Under the pieces are notes generated by a model. It was not told the DNA's origin and did no database searches. It worked only from the letters and a program-made list of their open reading frames with translations. Made by a program: the position numbers and the translations under genes. From assembly GCA_008501825.1 (NCBI GenBank), contig QQUA01000023.1:397994-461993 (forward strand): a stretch of DNA of 64,000 bases. The letters are read 5' to 3'. The stretch comes from Planctomycetota bacterium. GTDB taxonomy: Bacteria; Planctomycetota; UBA1135. Shown here in pieces: positions 46,041 through 56,626 of this stretch; within the stretch, counting starts at the first letter, position 1, and every line of letters begins with the position of its first letter.

Positions 46041-47309
46041 GGTTTGGTCCTGTCCGCCGCCAGCACCATGGTGGTGATGGAACAGGCCCAAGCCTATAGC
46101 ACCCTGGGTCACAGCCTAGGTTTGGCTCAACGGGACGTCCGCCTCTACGACGAGTTCGGTGCCGGCGCCCACACCAATTCCACCCCCGAGCCGAACATGC
46201 CCGGCTACACCGAAGCCGCCTTGGCGGTTTGGAAGGGAGTGGCGGAATGGGGCCACACCAGCTTCGGCGACGGTTCCGGTGACCCGCTGCAGAGCAACAT
46301 CGGTGACGGTGGCGCCAACTTCAACCCGCTTTGGAACGGCTTCGCCTCCGGCGAGGGTCCGAGCAGCGGCAACATCACCGCAGGTTTGACCGGCTCCTCC
46401 GGCGGCGTGTTGGCCTACATGACCGGCGGCGGCAGCGGCTGGCGGATTTACTTCTACGTCACCGCCTGGAACTGGAAGGACAACCCCAACAGCGCCAGCG
46501 GCGGTTTCGACATTCAAGCCGTCATGTGCCACGAGTACGGCCACGCCCTTGGCTTGGGTCACTCCAGCAGCAGCCAAGCCACCATGTACCCGAGCATCGG
46601 CACCAGCAGCACCAAGGAACGCTCGATCAACAGCGACGACCAAAATGGTGTGCAAGCGGTCTACGGCGCCCTCGACCCGACCAAGATTCCCTACATCAGC
46701 AGCGTCACCGGTTCCACTTCTCCTGGCGGAACCGCGGTGGTCAACGGCTCCAACTTCACCAATACCGCCAACCGGATCTGGTTCAACAGCTCCACTTTGG
46801 ACGGCAACCAAACCGGCGGCGATCCTTACGAGATCAGCGGCTTGGACTCCACCAACGGCCAGACTCAGATCTCCTTCACCGTGCCGAGCAGTGGCATTGA
46901 AGACGGTGGCCTTCACGTCCGCAAGGGCGGCAGCGGCCACGATCGTTTGTCCAACGGCTGGCCCTTCGACTACGACGGCGCCACCACCAACACCATCTTC
47001 CTGAGCGGTCCGACCAGCACTCAAATCAACCAGACCGAGTCCTGGACCTTCACCGGTGCTCCGGCCAGCTCGCCGTGGTGGTTCTACTACAGCTTCAACG
47101 CCAACGGCACCACCATCAACGGCCAGCCCTTTGACATCGGCTCGCCCTACTTCACCGCAGGCACCGGCATGACCGACGCCGGCGGCAACGGCTTCTTCAC
47201 CAAGACCATCCCCCCCGGCGGAGCCGGACGGACGGCTTACTTGGAAGTTCGCTGCGACAGCGGCGGCACCACCTACGATTCCAACATGCTGACTTTGGTC
47301 ATCCAGTAA
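46008..47309 (+). CDS. Secreted matrixin-like zinc metalloprotease P2
   Basis: ATGA overlap with S2. Carries HEYGHALGLGHS and ATMYP, with the same domain order as P1. The catalytic domain is clearly diverged from that of P1. Confidence 0.85.
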   Translation: MKRLPLRLLAGGLVLSAASTMVVMEQAQAYSTLGHSLGLAQRDVRLYDEFGAGAHTNSTPEPNMPGYTEAALAVWKGVAEWGHTSFGDGSGDPLQSNIGDGGANFNPLWNGFASGEGPSSGNITAGLTGSSGGVLAYMTGGGSGWRIYFYVTAWNWKDNPNSASGGFDIQAVMCHEYGHALGLGHSSSSQATMYPSIGTSSTKERSINSDDQNGVQAVYGALDPTKIPYISSVTGSTSPGGTAVVNGSNFTNTANRIWFNSSTLDGNQTGGDPYEISGLDSTNGQTQISFTVPSSGIEDGGLHVRKGGSGHDRLSNGWPFDYDGATTNTIFLSGPTSTQINQTESWTFTGAPASSPWWFYYSFNANGTTINGQPFDIGSPYFTAGTGMTDAGGNGFFTKTIPPGGAGRTAYLEVRCDSGGTTYDSNMLTLVIQ

Positions 47310-47353
47310 GGAATCAGAAGCCACCCTTCGCGGTCTTTGCCGGCCGCGGCACC

Positions 47354-47382
47354 AGGCCGGTTCGGATTTTCCGAACCGGCCT
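47354..47382 (+). terminator. Strong hairpin after P2 (no clear T-tract)
   Basis: 13-bp stem AGGCCGGTTCGGA / TCCGAACCGGCCT with a 3-nt loop. Confidence 0.35.
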
Positions 47383-47400
47383 TCCTGTTAGCATGGCTGC

Positions 47401-48702
47401 ATGCAAATGCTCCCCCGTCTTTGCCTCGGCCTGGGTCTTTTCGCCGCGGCGGCCACGTTGACCGTCTCTGAAGAATTACCGGCTTATTCGACCATCGGCC
47501 ACAATCTGGGCACGAATCAAAGAGACTTTCGGCTCTACGATTTGTTTTCCGCCTCGGCCCACAGCAATCAGAACTACCACGCCAACTTTCCGGGCTATAA
47601 CGAAGTCGCTTTAGCGATTTGGAAAGGCGGCCAGGAATGGGGAGCTCGTACCTATGGCGACGGCAGCGGTGACCCGACTCAGTCGAACATCGGCGACGGC
47701 AATGCCAACTTCAATCCAATTTGGAATGGTTTTGCCACCGGCAACGGTACCGGCACTACCAACATCGTCGGCTCCGTATCCGGTTCTTCCGGTGGAGTTT
47801 TGGCGTTTATGACCGGTTACTACAGCGGTTGGAACATCAAGTTCTACACCGAGGCTTGGAACTGGAAGGACAATCCCAACTCCGCCAGCGGTGGCATGGA
47901 CATTCAAGGAGTGATGTGCCACGAGTACGGACACGCTCTTGGCTTGGGACACTCCAGCAATTGGAACGCCACCATGTATCCCTCCACCGGGGGCGGCAGC
48001 ACCAAAGAGCGCTCGGTTCACAGCGACGATCAAGCCGGCATTCAAAGTATCTATGGAGTGCGCGACGACGCCCGCATGCCGCGGATCGACGACGTCACCG
48101 GATCTTTCGTTCCCGGCGGCACCGTGGTGGTGACCGGAGTCAATTTCACCGACGTGGCCAACCGGGTTTGGATGAACAACACCATTTTGGACAGCATGGA
48201 CGCCGGCGGCGATCCTTATGAAATCGCCGACTTGGATTCCACCAACGGCCAAACCCAACTCTCCTTTACTTTGCCGGCCTACGGTGTGGAAGCCGGTTCC
48301 ATTCACGTCCGCAAAGGTGGAAGCGGACACGATCGCCTGTCGGAAGGACATCCTTTTCCCTTTGATCAAGGCAGCGTGACCGACACCATTCTTTTAGAAG
48401 GTCCGACTAGCGCCCCCGCCGGCGGCCAAGTCAGTTATTCCTGGACCGGCGCGCCGGGCAACTCGCCTTGGTGGCTTTACTGGAGCTTCTCCAACGCCGG
48501 TAGCGTTATTAACGGTCAAAGTTTCGACGTCGGCAGTCCCTACAACACAGTGGCGACCGGGGACAATCCTTCTTCGGGAAGTTCCAGCTACACCGCATAC
48601 CTGCCGGGCGGCGCCTCCGGTCTCAACGTTTATCTGGAACTACGAACCGATTTCGACGGCCGCAGCTACGACTCCAACGTCCTGTTGTTGAGCATTCAGT
48701 AA
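47401..48702 (+). CDS. Secreted matrixin-like zinc metalloprotease P3 (orphan, no S gene upstream)
   Basis: Signal peptide MQMLPRLCLGLGLFAAAATLTVSEELPA|YST. Carries HEYGHALGLGHS and ATMYP. It is preceded by only 91 nt of intergenic sequence containing the P2 hairpin. Confidence 0.85.
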   Translation: MQMLPRLCLGLGLFAAAATLTVSEELPAYSTIGHNLGTNQRDFRLYDLFSASAHSNQNYHANFPGYNEVALAIWKGGQEWGARTYGDGSGDPTQSNIGDGNANFNPIWNGFATGNGTGTTNIVGSVSGSSGGVLAFMTGYYSGWNIKFYTEAWNWKDNPNSASGGMDIQGVMCHEYGHALGLGHSSNWNATMYPSTGGGSTKERSVHSDDQAGIQSIYGVRDDARMPRIDDVTGSFVPGGTVVVTGVNFTDVANRVWMNNTILDSMDAGGDPYEIADLDSTNGQTQLSFTLPAYGVEAGSIHVRKGGSGHDRLSEGHPFPFDQGSVTDTILLEGPTSAPAGGQVSYSWTGAPGNSPWWLYWSFSNAGSVINGQSFDVGSPYNTVATGDNPSSGSSSYTAYLPGGASGLNVYLELRTDFDGRSYDSNVLLLSIQ

Positions 48703-48732
48703 AGCGGATAGGGCTGTTGCCGTCGTCGATCA

Positions 48733-48758
48733 GGAGGGAAGCCCAGCGGCTTCCCTCC
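48733..48758. terminator. Hairpin between P3 and the trailer end of the CRISPR array
   Basis: 11-bp perfect stem GGAGGGAAGCC / GGCTTCCCTCC with loop CAGC, followed by AGGTTGTTT. Given the convergent transcription here, it could act in both directions. Confidence 0.45.
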
Positions 48759-48783
48759 AGGTTGTTTCGAGGGACAGGTTTTG

Positions 48784-51700
48784 CGGGTCAGCCCCGCATG
48801 CGCGGGGAACAGCCGAGCCTGGCCGATTTATTCAGCCTACAATTCGGGTCAGCCCCGCATGCGCGGGGAACAGCGGCGTCAGCCTCCCAGTGCCCGTAAA
48901 CATCGCGGGTCAGCCCCGCATGCGCGGGGAACAGCAACACGTTTTTCATAATTAGTTTCGCCAATTCGGGTCAGCCCCGCATGCGCGGGGAACAGCGGCG
49001 TCAGCCTCCCAGTGCCCGTAAACATCGCGGGTCAGCCCCGCATGCGCGGGGAACAGTCAGACATTCCTTTGATAGATAAAGGAACTACCGGGTCAGCCCC
49101 GCATGCGCGGGGAACAGCGGCGTCAGCCTCCCAGTGCCCGTAAACATCGCGGGTCAGCCCCGCATGCGCGGGGAACAGCAGGGCGGCCATTTTTTTGGAT
49201 TTAGTATTGACGGGTCAGCCCCGCATGCGCGGGGAACAGTTAAAAGCTCCAAGGCGCCGGCATTATCTAGGCGGGTCAGCCCCGCATGCGCGGGGAACAG
49301 TTGCGCATTCACATTCTAAACCATTCCCAACACGGGTCAGCCCCGCATGCGCGGGGAACAGGCTTTTTATTCGCCTCGTCCCAATACACATTTTGGGTCA
49401 GCCCCGCATGCGCGGGGAACAGTAAGCCCATCCCGCCGTGGCCAATCAATCCAGCGGGTCAGCCCCGCATGCGCGGGGAACAGTTCGCGCACGCATGCCA
49501 AAACCTCAAAAACGACGGGTCAGCCCCGCATGCGCGGGGAACAGTCAGTTCAAGTTACGCCCAGGTTTACGCAAGACGGGTCAGCCCCGCATGCGCGGGG
49601 AACAGACTGCCGCGACTTCATTCAACGTCCACGACGACGGGTCAGCCCCGCATGCGCGGGGAACAGTTGCAGTTCGCCGAGGGCGACAACAATGACCACG
49701 GGTCAGCCCCGCATGCGCGGGGAACAGCAGGGCGGCCATTTTTTTGGATTTAGTATTGACGGGTCAGCCCCGCATGCGCGGGGAACAGGCTGTACGGGAA
49801 GCTATGGAGGATCCGATGGACGGGTCAGCCCCGCATGCGCGGGGAACAGACTGGGTTGCCGGCGCTGTTTCATCCGGTTCACGGGTCAGCCCCGCATGCG
49901 CGGGGAACAGGCAATTGGACCACACGAGTCCCACCAGAGGCGCGGGTCAGCCCCGCATGCGCGGGGAACAGCGAATCGTCGCCAGTTTCCTCCTCTTCTT
50001 CGCCGGGTCAGCCCCGCATGCGCGGGGAACAGGTGGAGCCTCGCTTTTTCTTCGCTTCGGCCGCCGGGTCAGCCCCGCATGCGCGGGGAACAGCACAAAG
50101 CAAGCGCAGTGCTTAAAGCATCCTGCGGGTCAGCCCCGCATGCGCGGGGAACAGGGTTTGCTTGCCGCGCGGGATTGCCCGGCACCCGGGTCAGCCCCGC
50201 ATGCGCGGGGAACAGAATGACGCGGTTATTGAGCCGCTGATTCAAGGCGGGTCAGCCCCGCATGCGCGGGGAACAGTTCCCGCCAGTTTTTCACAATTAC
50301 CCTAAATACGGGTCAGCCCCGCATGCGCGGGGAACAGAGGCAAGGCCACTGTAGCCATTATTTATCCTCCGGGTCAGCCCCGCATGCGCGGGGAACAGAG
50401 TGTACGTAGAGTTTCAATCTTCCCGGGTCTCGGGTCAGCCCCGCATGCGCGGGGAACAGTAAGTAATATCTTTCTAGGACATTGTGTAATACGGGTCAGC
50501 CCCGCATGCGCGGGGAACAGATGGATCGCCGAGTAGTAAATGCCGAAGAATACGGGTCAGCCCCGCATGCGCGGGGAACAGAAATGTAAGATAAGGTAGC
50601 TCTATCGCCTAGCCGGGTCAGCCCCGCATGCGCGGGGAACAGGGCGACGGCACCGTTCGGCCACGTCAAAAGCCGCGGGTCAGCCCCGCATGCGCGGGGA
50701 ACAGTCGGATTGATCCCAACGGATGGAGTCTCGAGGCGGGTCAGCCCCGCATGCGCGGGGAACAGGAGAAAGGGGAAAGGACGCCATCGGCTGGCAGCGG
50801 GTCAGCCCCGCATGCGCGGGGAACAGTGGCGGTCGCGAAGGAGTGGACCGAAAAGATTCGGGTCAGCCCCGCATGCGCGGGGAACAGTTTGATCGCGTTT
50901 TTCATTGCACTCCTCCCGCCGGGTCAGCCCCGCATGCGCGGGGAACAGTCACTATCCCAGGTGTACTCGTTTTCTGGATCCGGGTCAGCCCCGCATGCGC
51001 GGGGAACAGTGGTTTGCCTCCCCCTCATCCAACCATTCATCCGGGTCAGCCCCGCATGCGCGGGGAACAGGCGGACCTGATGGGGGCCTCTTACCAAGAT
51101 GTCGGGTCAGCCCCGCATGCGCGGGGAACAGGCACTAGTATTTACATTGGTATCACTATCTGCTGGGTCAGCCCCGCATGCGCGGGGAACAGCTCTGCCT
51201 GCGCTCGGCTCGGCGCCAAAGATTCGGGTCAGCCCCGCATGCGCGGGGAACAGCACCTGTGCGTTTTTAAGTGTCCCAAGTAATCCGGGTCAGCCCCGCA
51301 TGCGCGGGGAACAGTTTGCAGACAGACTCAATAAATTGGGCGACGTCGGGTCAGCCCCGCATGCGCGGGGAACAGGCCGAAATAGTCGGTAATCAGGTTT
51401 ACAAGTACGGGTCAGCCCCGCATGCGCGGGGAACAGGAGGTCGGAAGACTGGGGGAGGAGGCGGACTTCGGGTCAGCCCCGCATGCGCGGGGAACAGTCA
51501 AATCCACAGGCCCAAGCAACGGCTCACAGCGGGTCAGCCCCGCATGCGCGGGGAACAGTCTAACAGCTTCTCTTCAGTTCTATTCATTGTCGGGTCAGCC
51601 CCGCATGCGCGGGGAACAGGAATTAGAAGTGTGTTCAAACCCTGCCAAAGACGGGTCAGCCCCGCATGCGCGGGGAACAGGACTACCTGGGCTGACGCTG

Positions 51701-52290
51701 TATCTTCCAGACCGGGTCAGCCCCGCATGCGCGGGGAACAGACATATTCGGGCGCGATCAATTGCGCGTTTTTCGGGTCAGCCCCGCATGCGCGGGGAAC
51801 AGAAAGGTTTTTTCACCAAACACAATAGATAAATCGGGTCAGCCCCGCATGCGCGGGGAACAGAGCGCACTCGCCGGCCCCGGGCAAAGCTGAATCGGGT
51901 CAGCCCCGCATGCGCGGGGAACAGGAATTTGTCGCCAGATATTCGATGATGCACGTCGGGTCAGCCCCGCATGCGCGGGGAACAGTGTCCATCGGTTTTG
52001 TCCCGACCAAGGTCCGACGGGTCAGCCCCGCATGCGCGGGGAACAGTTTCCGGCGTCGGCGCAACTGGAGTGCCAACACGGGTCAGCCCCGCATGCGCGG
52101 GGAACAGTGGAAAAGGAAGCGCCGTTGTGACCGATCCGCCGGGTCAGCCCCGCATGCGCGGGGAACAGTTTCGGTGGAAAAAACTACCGGAAATCTACGA
52201 CGGGTCAGCCCCGCATGCGCGGGGAACAGGGAGATATCGGCCCTGCCCAAGCCGGGATTAACGGGTCAGCCCCGCATGCGCGGGGAACAG
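48784..52290 (-). CRISPR. Type I-E CRISPR array, 58 repeats / 57 spacers
   Basis: The 29-nt repeat on the plus strand is CGGGTCAGCCCCGCATGCGCGGGGAACAG. Its reverse complement, CTGTTCCCCGCGCATGCGGGGCTGACCCG, resembles the E. coli I-E repeat GAGTTCCCCGCGCCAGCGGGGATAAACCG and has the same CCCCGC/GCGGGG stem. The period is 61 nt, with 56 spacers of 32 nt and one of 33 nt. The 28-nt core read as invariant in all 58 copies by eye. Orientation is inferred from the repeat, the adjacent cas2-cas1 genes and the leader at the high-coordinate end. Confidence 0.97.
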
Positions 52291-52355
52291 TCCATTCCGA
52301 AGTCTACAAAAATGAAGGGTTTACGAAAACCATTATCTGGCACCAAAATTGCCGG
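52291..52355 (-). promoter_or_regulatory. CRISPR leader (65 nt between cas2 stop and first repeat)
   Basis: A comparatively AT-rich segment (minus strand: CCGGCAATTTTGGTGCCAGATAATGGTTTTCGTAAACCCTTCATTTTTGTAGACTTCGGAATGGA) lies directly upstream of repeat 58. No promoter was mapped. Confidence 0.6.
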
Positions 52356-53647
<1,292 letters not shown>

Positions 53648-53650
53648 GGT

Positions 53651-54313
53651 TTAGTCAGCTCTCCGCACAAGGATCATCCCGCAGCCAAAAGCGCGAGATG
53701 GACCCAATCCAGTACATAAGGTGCGAATCAACTTGCTTGGATCTTTGACTTCCATGCGCCCTTCAAAATCCACTTGGCCGAATCGAATCTGGTGCTTTTG
53801 CTTTCGACTGTTTTTCTGAAACTTTACCACCCTGTAGCCCTCCACGCGAACATCGATCAAACGAAACCCATTCCTTTCGGACCGAGCCTCTAACCATGTC
53901 TCTCCAGCCCCCTGAGCGTGTTCAATGCGATTCAGATCCTTTGAAGTCTTTCCTTTTGTACGAGCGAGTACCTTAGCATGCATTACCACATCGTGTCGGA
54001 CATGGCCTTGCCGAAGCACCGGGTTTGCACGTAGGCGGAAGTGGAGCATCTGGCCTTCCGAAAGCTTTGGCTGAAAGGGTTTAGTCTCCACGTTCCAAAG
54101 ACCGGAATCATCAACGCAAGGACGAGGACCCAGAATCAGCAGCGTCGGCCTCCCGCTTCCCATATCCAACCGAAAGAGGAAGTCACGGGACGCCTCTTTC
54201 GGGAGATCTTGTAGCCGCCACACTTCTTGGTGCAAAGCGTAAGGCTGGCCGATCTGCCAGAAACGATTGTGCTCGGGCGCTCGATCACTAAGCATTAGTC
54301 GAGACAGATACAT
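53651..54313 (-). CDS. cas6e: Cas6e (CasE) crRNA endoribonuclease
   Basis: ATG at 54313 (TGATG overlap with the cas5 stop). MYLSRLMLS...ALHQEVWRL and the C-terminal GLGPSRAFGCGMILV parallel E. coli CasE (MYLSKV...LHQGLWHLF, GIGPAKSMGCGLL). The ORF-track start at 54388 lies inside cas5. Confidence 0.9.
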   Translation of the reverse strand: MYLSRLMLSDRAPEHNRFWQIGQPYALHQEVWRLQDLPKEASRDFLFRLDMGSGRPTLLILGPRPCVDDSGLWNVETKPFQPKLSEGQMLHFRLRANPVLRQGHVRHDVVMHAKVLARTKGKTSKDLNRIEHAQGAGETWLEARSERNGFRLIDVRVEGYRVVKFQKNSRKQKHQIRFGQVDFEGRMEVKDPSKLIRTLCTGLGPSRAFGCGMILVRRAD

Positions 54314-55068
54314 CAACTCCCCTCCCCAATTGTGTCCGGAATTACTGGAAGCTTTGCCCGAAACTCGATTCGTTCGTCGTACTGCCAACGTCGCCGGGAA
54401 ACGGGATCATCCCGCCGGAGTACCGATTGCGCAGCATCCAGGGCGCCGACGGGCAAAGCTGATTCCCAGAAAAAAGTGCCCGAACCGTTACCATTTGGGG
54501 GTCGCATGTTTCCTGGAAGTCGCACCGATACGGCTGCAAGCGCTGTCGGTGCGTCGTCGGCCGATACGATTTGCGGGTTGAAGGGCAGAGCCGTAGGACA
54601 GGATTTCCGACCGAGAAAGGGAATGAACGCCGGCCGCTGGAGGGCGGCAGCAAGCTTTTCTAGGGTCGGCGCCCCATCGCTTTGGCGGACCACCACCACT
54701 CTGTACCAGGCATCCTCCCGATATTCTCGTTGAGTAATCAAGGCTTTGACGTCACCGATCATAGCCAGGTCCTGCCCTCTGGTTCGTGGCCCCACCTTTT
54801 CCCTGGCTGGTGGCTTCCTTGACTGGACAGTGTGGTAATCCCACGTACTGCGGCCAGAGCTGAACATCTCAACTCCGAACACAAGGGCCTGGTTTAGTCG
54901 GGAATGTCCCTCGTCGTCGGTGCGGGGAAGGCCAAGCGCACCTGCCAAAAGCCCCAGCAAAGCGCTCCGGCCCGGATGGTCTTCCGAAGCCCGAACCTCA
55001 CCGACCGCGATGCCACCCCAAGCCGACCATGGACCGAAAAGTTGGAAAACAAGGAATTCCACTATCAC
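54313..55068 (-). CDS. cas5: Cas5e (CasD)
   Basis: LVFQLFGPWSAWGGIAVGEVRASEDHPGRSALLGLLAGALG is a typical Cas5e N-terminus. Operon position agrees. Confidence 0.9.
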   Translation of the reverse strand: MIVEFLVFQLFGPWSAWGGIAVGEVRASEDHPGRSALLGLLAGALGLPRTDDEGHSRLNQALVFGVEMFSSGRSTWDYHTVQSRKPPAREKVGPRTRGQDLAMIGDVKALITQREYREDAWYRVVVVRQSDGAPTLEKLAAALQRPAFIPFLGRKSCPTALPFNPQIVSADDAPTALAAVSVRLPGNMRPPNGNGSGTFFWESALPVGALDAAQSVLRRDDPVSRRRWQYDERIEFRAKLPVIPDTIGEGS

Positions 55069-56102
55069 ACTCCAGGCAGGCGGCTAGAGGCGAAGTCCGC
55101 GACTTCCTGCAGGCTTCCCTTTCCCCGGGTCACATCAAAGCTCTTTATTTCTCGAGCAGAAGGTCCGTAAACTTTTTCGAAATCCCTCCGAGTATCTTCA
55201 AAAGCCTTGATTCCATTCGCCAAGAGATCAGAACCCGCTATTGGCTTGAGAAAAGCTACGGCAAGGGATCGGGGTTGTGCGTCGCCACGTTCCGCCAGAA
55301 TGAAGCTGGCATACGCCCGCGATGCGAAGCTATTTTGCTTCCCACGGGGAGCAACCGTCGCCGCCGTTTTAACGAGTGAATTCACTGCCGGCACTGCCAG
55401 CGCCTTGTCGTCACCCAAATTGCCCGTAAGCTGGTTAAGATCAAGACAAACGTAGAGGTAAAACAAGCCCGCGGCGAAACCTAGCTCATCTAAGTGCCCT
55501 GCTCCACGGTTGAGATCGTCGACCGCCGTGAAATAGTCGTCTTCAACTGCAACACGATGGATGCTAAATGCATGAGCAACCTGGCAGGCGGCCTCGACGT
55601 TGTAATGCGGGGATGCCGCAAGCATTCGGCCGAAGAGAGCCACGTCTACCGCATCAGTCTTCGCGTCAAGGAGCGCGCTGATTTCCTCCGAAGTCGCTTC
55701 GCGCTGTTCCCGCCCCATCATAGAACAAAGTTCGTCGATCGACCTCAGCTCGCGCGGGCTATAGTGGACGAGTTGCTCCGTTTCAAGTGACTTCTTCTTA
55801 CGCTTTCCAAACTGATCCACAATTGGGCCGGCCCATTTTTCAGCAGATTTTTGTTCGACTCCGGCCTGGATCAAGCTTTGAACGATCCGGTTTCCGATCT
55901 CCTTAGTACGAAGGCCCAAATCGGCGACCACTCCGTCGCGGAAGGGGGCTGCCGTTCGCCATGTACGTTTGAGGCACTGAGACGAAATCCGCAGGCGTTG
56001 AACGCCGCCAAAGATGGCGGTCTTCGGCCGAGAAAGGTCGTCTCGGTTCAAGTTGGCCGGCGGATAACTGGTCAGCAAATGGAGTTGCAAGAAGTCAGTC
56101 AT
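55065..56102 (-). CDS. cas7: Cas7e (CasC/Cse4)
   Basis: FLQLHLLTSYPPANLNRDDLSRPKTAIFGGVQRLRISSQCLKRTWR is a typical Cas7e N-terminus. Confidence 0.92.
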   Translation of the reverse strand: MTDFLQLHLLTSYPPANLNRDDLSRPKTAIFGGVQRLRISSQCLKRTWRTAAPFRDGVVADLGLRTKEIGNRIVQSLIQAGVEQKSAEKWAGPIVDQFGKRKKKSLETEQLVHYSPRELRSIDELCSMMGREQREATSEEISALLDAKTDAVDVALFGRMLAASPHYNVEAACQVAHAFSIHRVAVEDDYFTAVDDLNRGAGHLDELGFAAGLFYLYVCLDLNQLTGNLGDDKALAVPAVNSLVKTAATVAPRGKQNSFASRAYASFILAERGDAQPRSLAVAFLKPIAGSDLLANGIKAFEDTRRDFEKVYGPSAREIKSFDVTRGKGSLQEVADFASSRLPGV

Positions 56103-56626
56103 TTCGAAGTTTCCTGGTTAGGCGTCACGTCGTAGTAGTCGTAGGCCCACTGTCTCTGCAGATGGACCGGGAAGGAAAAGGCGGCCTGGGCGAAACCACC
56201 GAGGTCAACGTTTTCGAGTTGGGCAGCGATACGGCGCAACGCAATGTATCTTTGAGAGAGATCGGAGGCCGTCTCAAGCAGACGACGAAATCGAAGCTCG
56301 CTGATTACGGGGCGATCTCCTACTGGGCGTCCGAGCTGAGCGCCAGGGGTCAACTTGTCAGAGGACACATCGCGTCGAATGGTGGCAGTAACTCCCGCCA
56401 CGGCCGCAAGCGGCAGTGGGCTAAATTTTGAATCGGTTTCTTGAAGACGGCGGCGGAGTCGATGAAACGCGGGAACGAACGCCACGTCGGAAAGGTCAAC
56501 GCAGCGACGAAGCTCCGCTTGACCCGCTCGGTCGTTTTCCTTCAAATCCATCCACCAAACACGCAAAATGGTTTGGCCTGCTCCGTCTTCCTTTCGGAAA
56601 TCCAACCATTGTTTGTCTTTGCTCAA
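56099..56626 (-). CDS. cse2: Cse2 (CasB/Cas11e) small subunit
   Basis: 175 aa, Arg-rich and helical (AELRRCVDLSDVAFVPAFHRLRRRL). It lies between cse1 and cas7, with 4-nt overlaps on both sides. Confidence 0.85.
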   Translation of the reverse strand: MSKDKQWLDFRKEDGAGQTILRVWWMDLKENDRAGQAELRRCVDLSDVAFVPAFHRLRRRLQETDSKFSPLPLAAVAGVTATIRRDVSSDKLTPGAQLGRPVGDRPVISELRFRRLLETASDLSQRYIALRRIAAQLENVDLGGFAQAAFSFPVHLQRQWAYDYYDVTPNQETSK

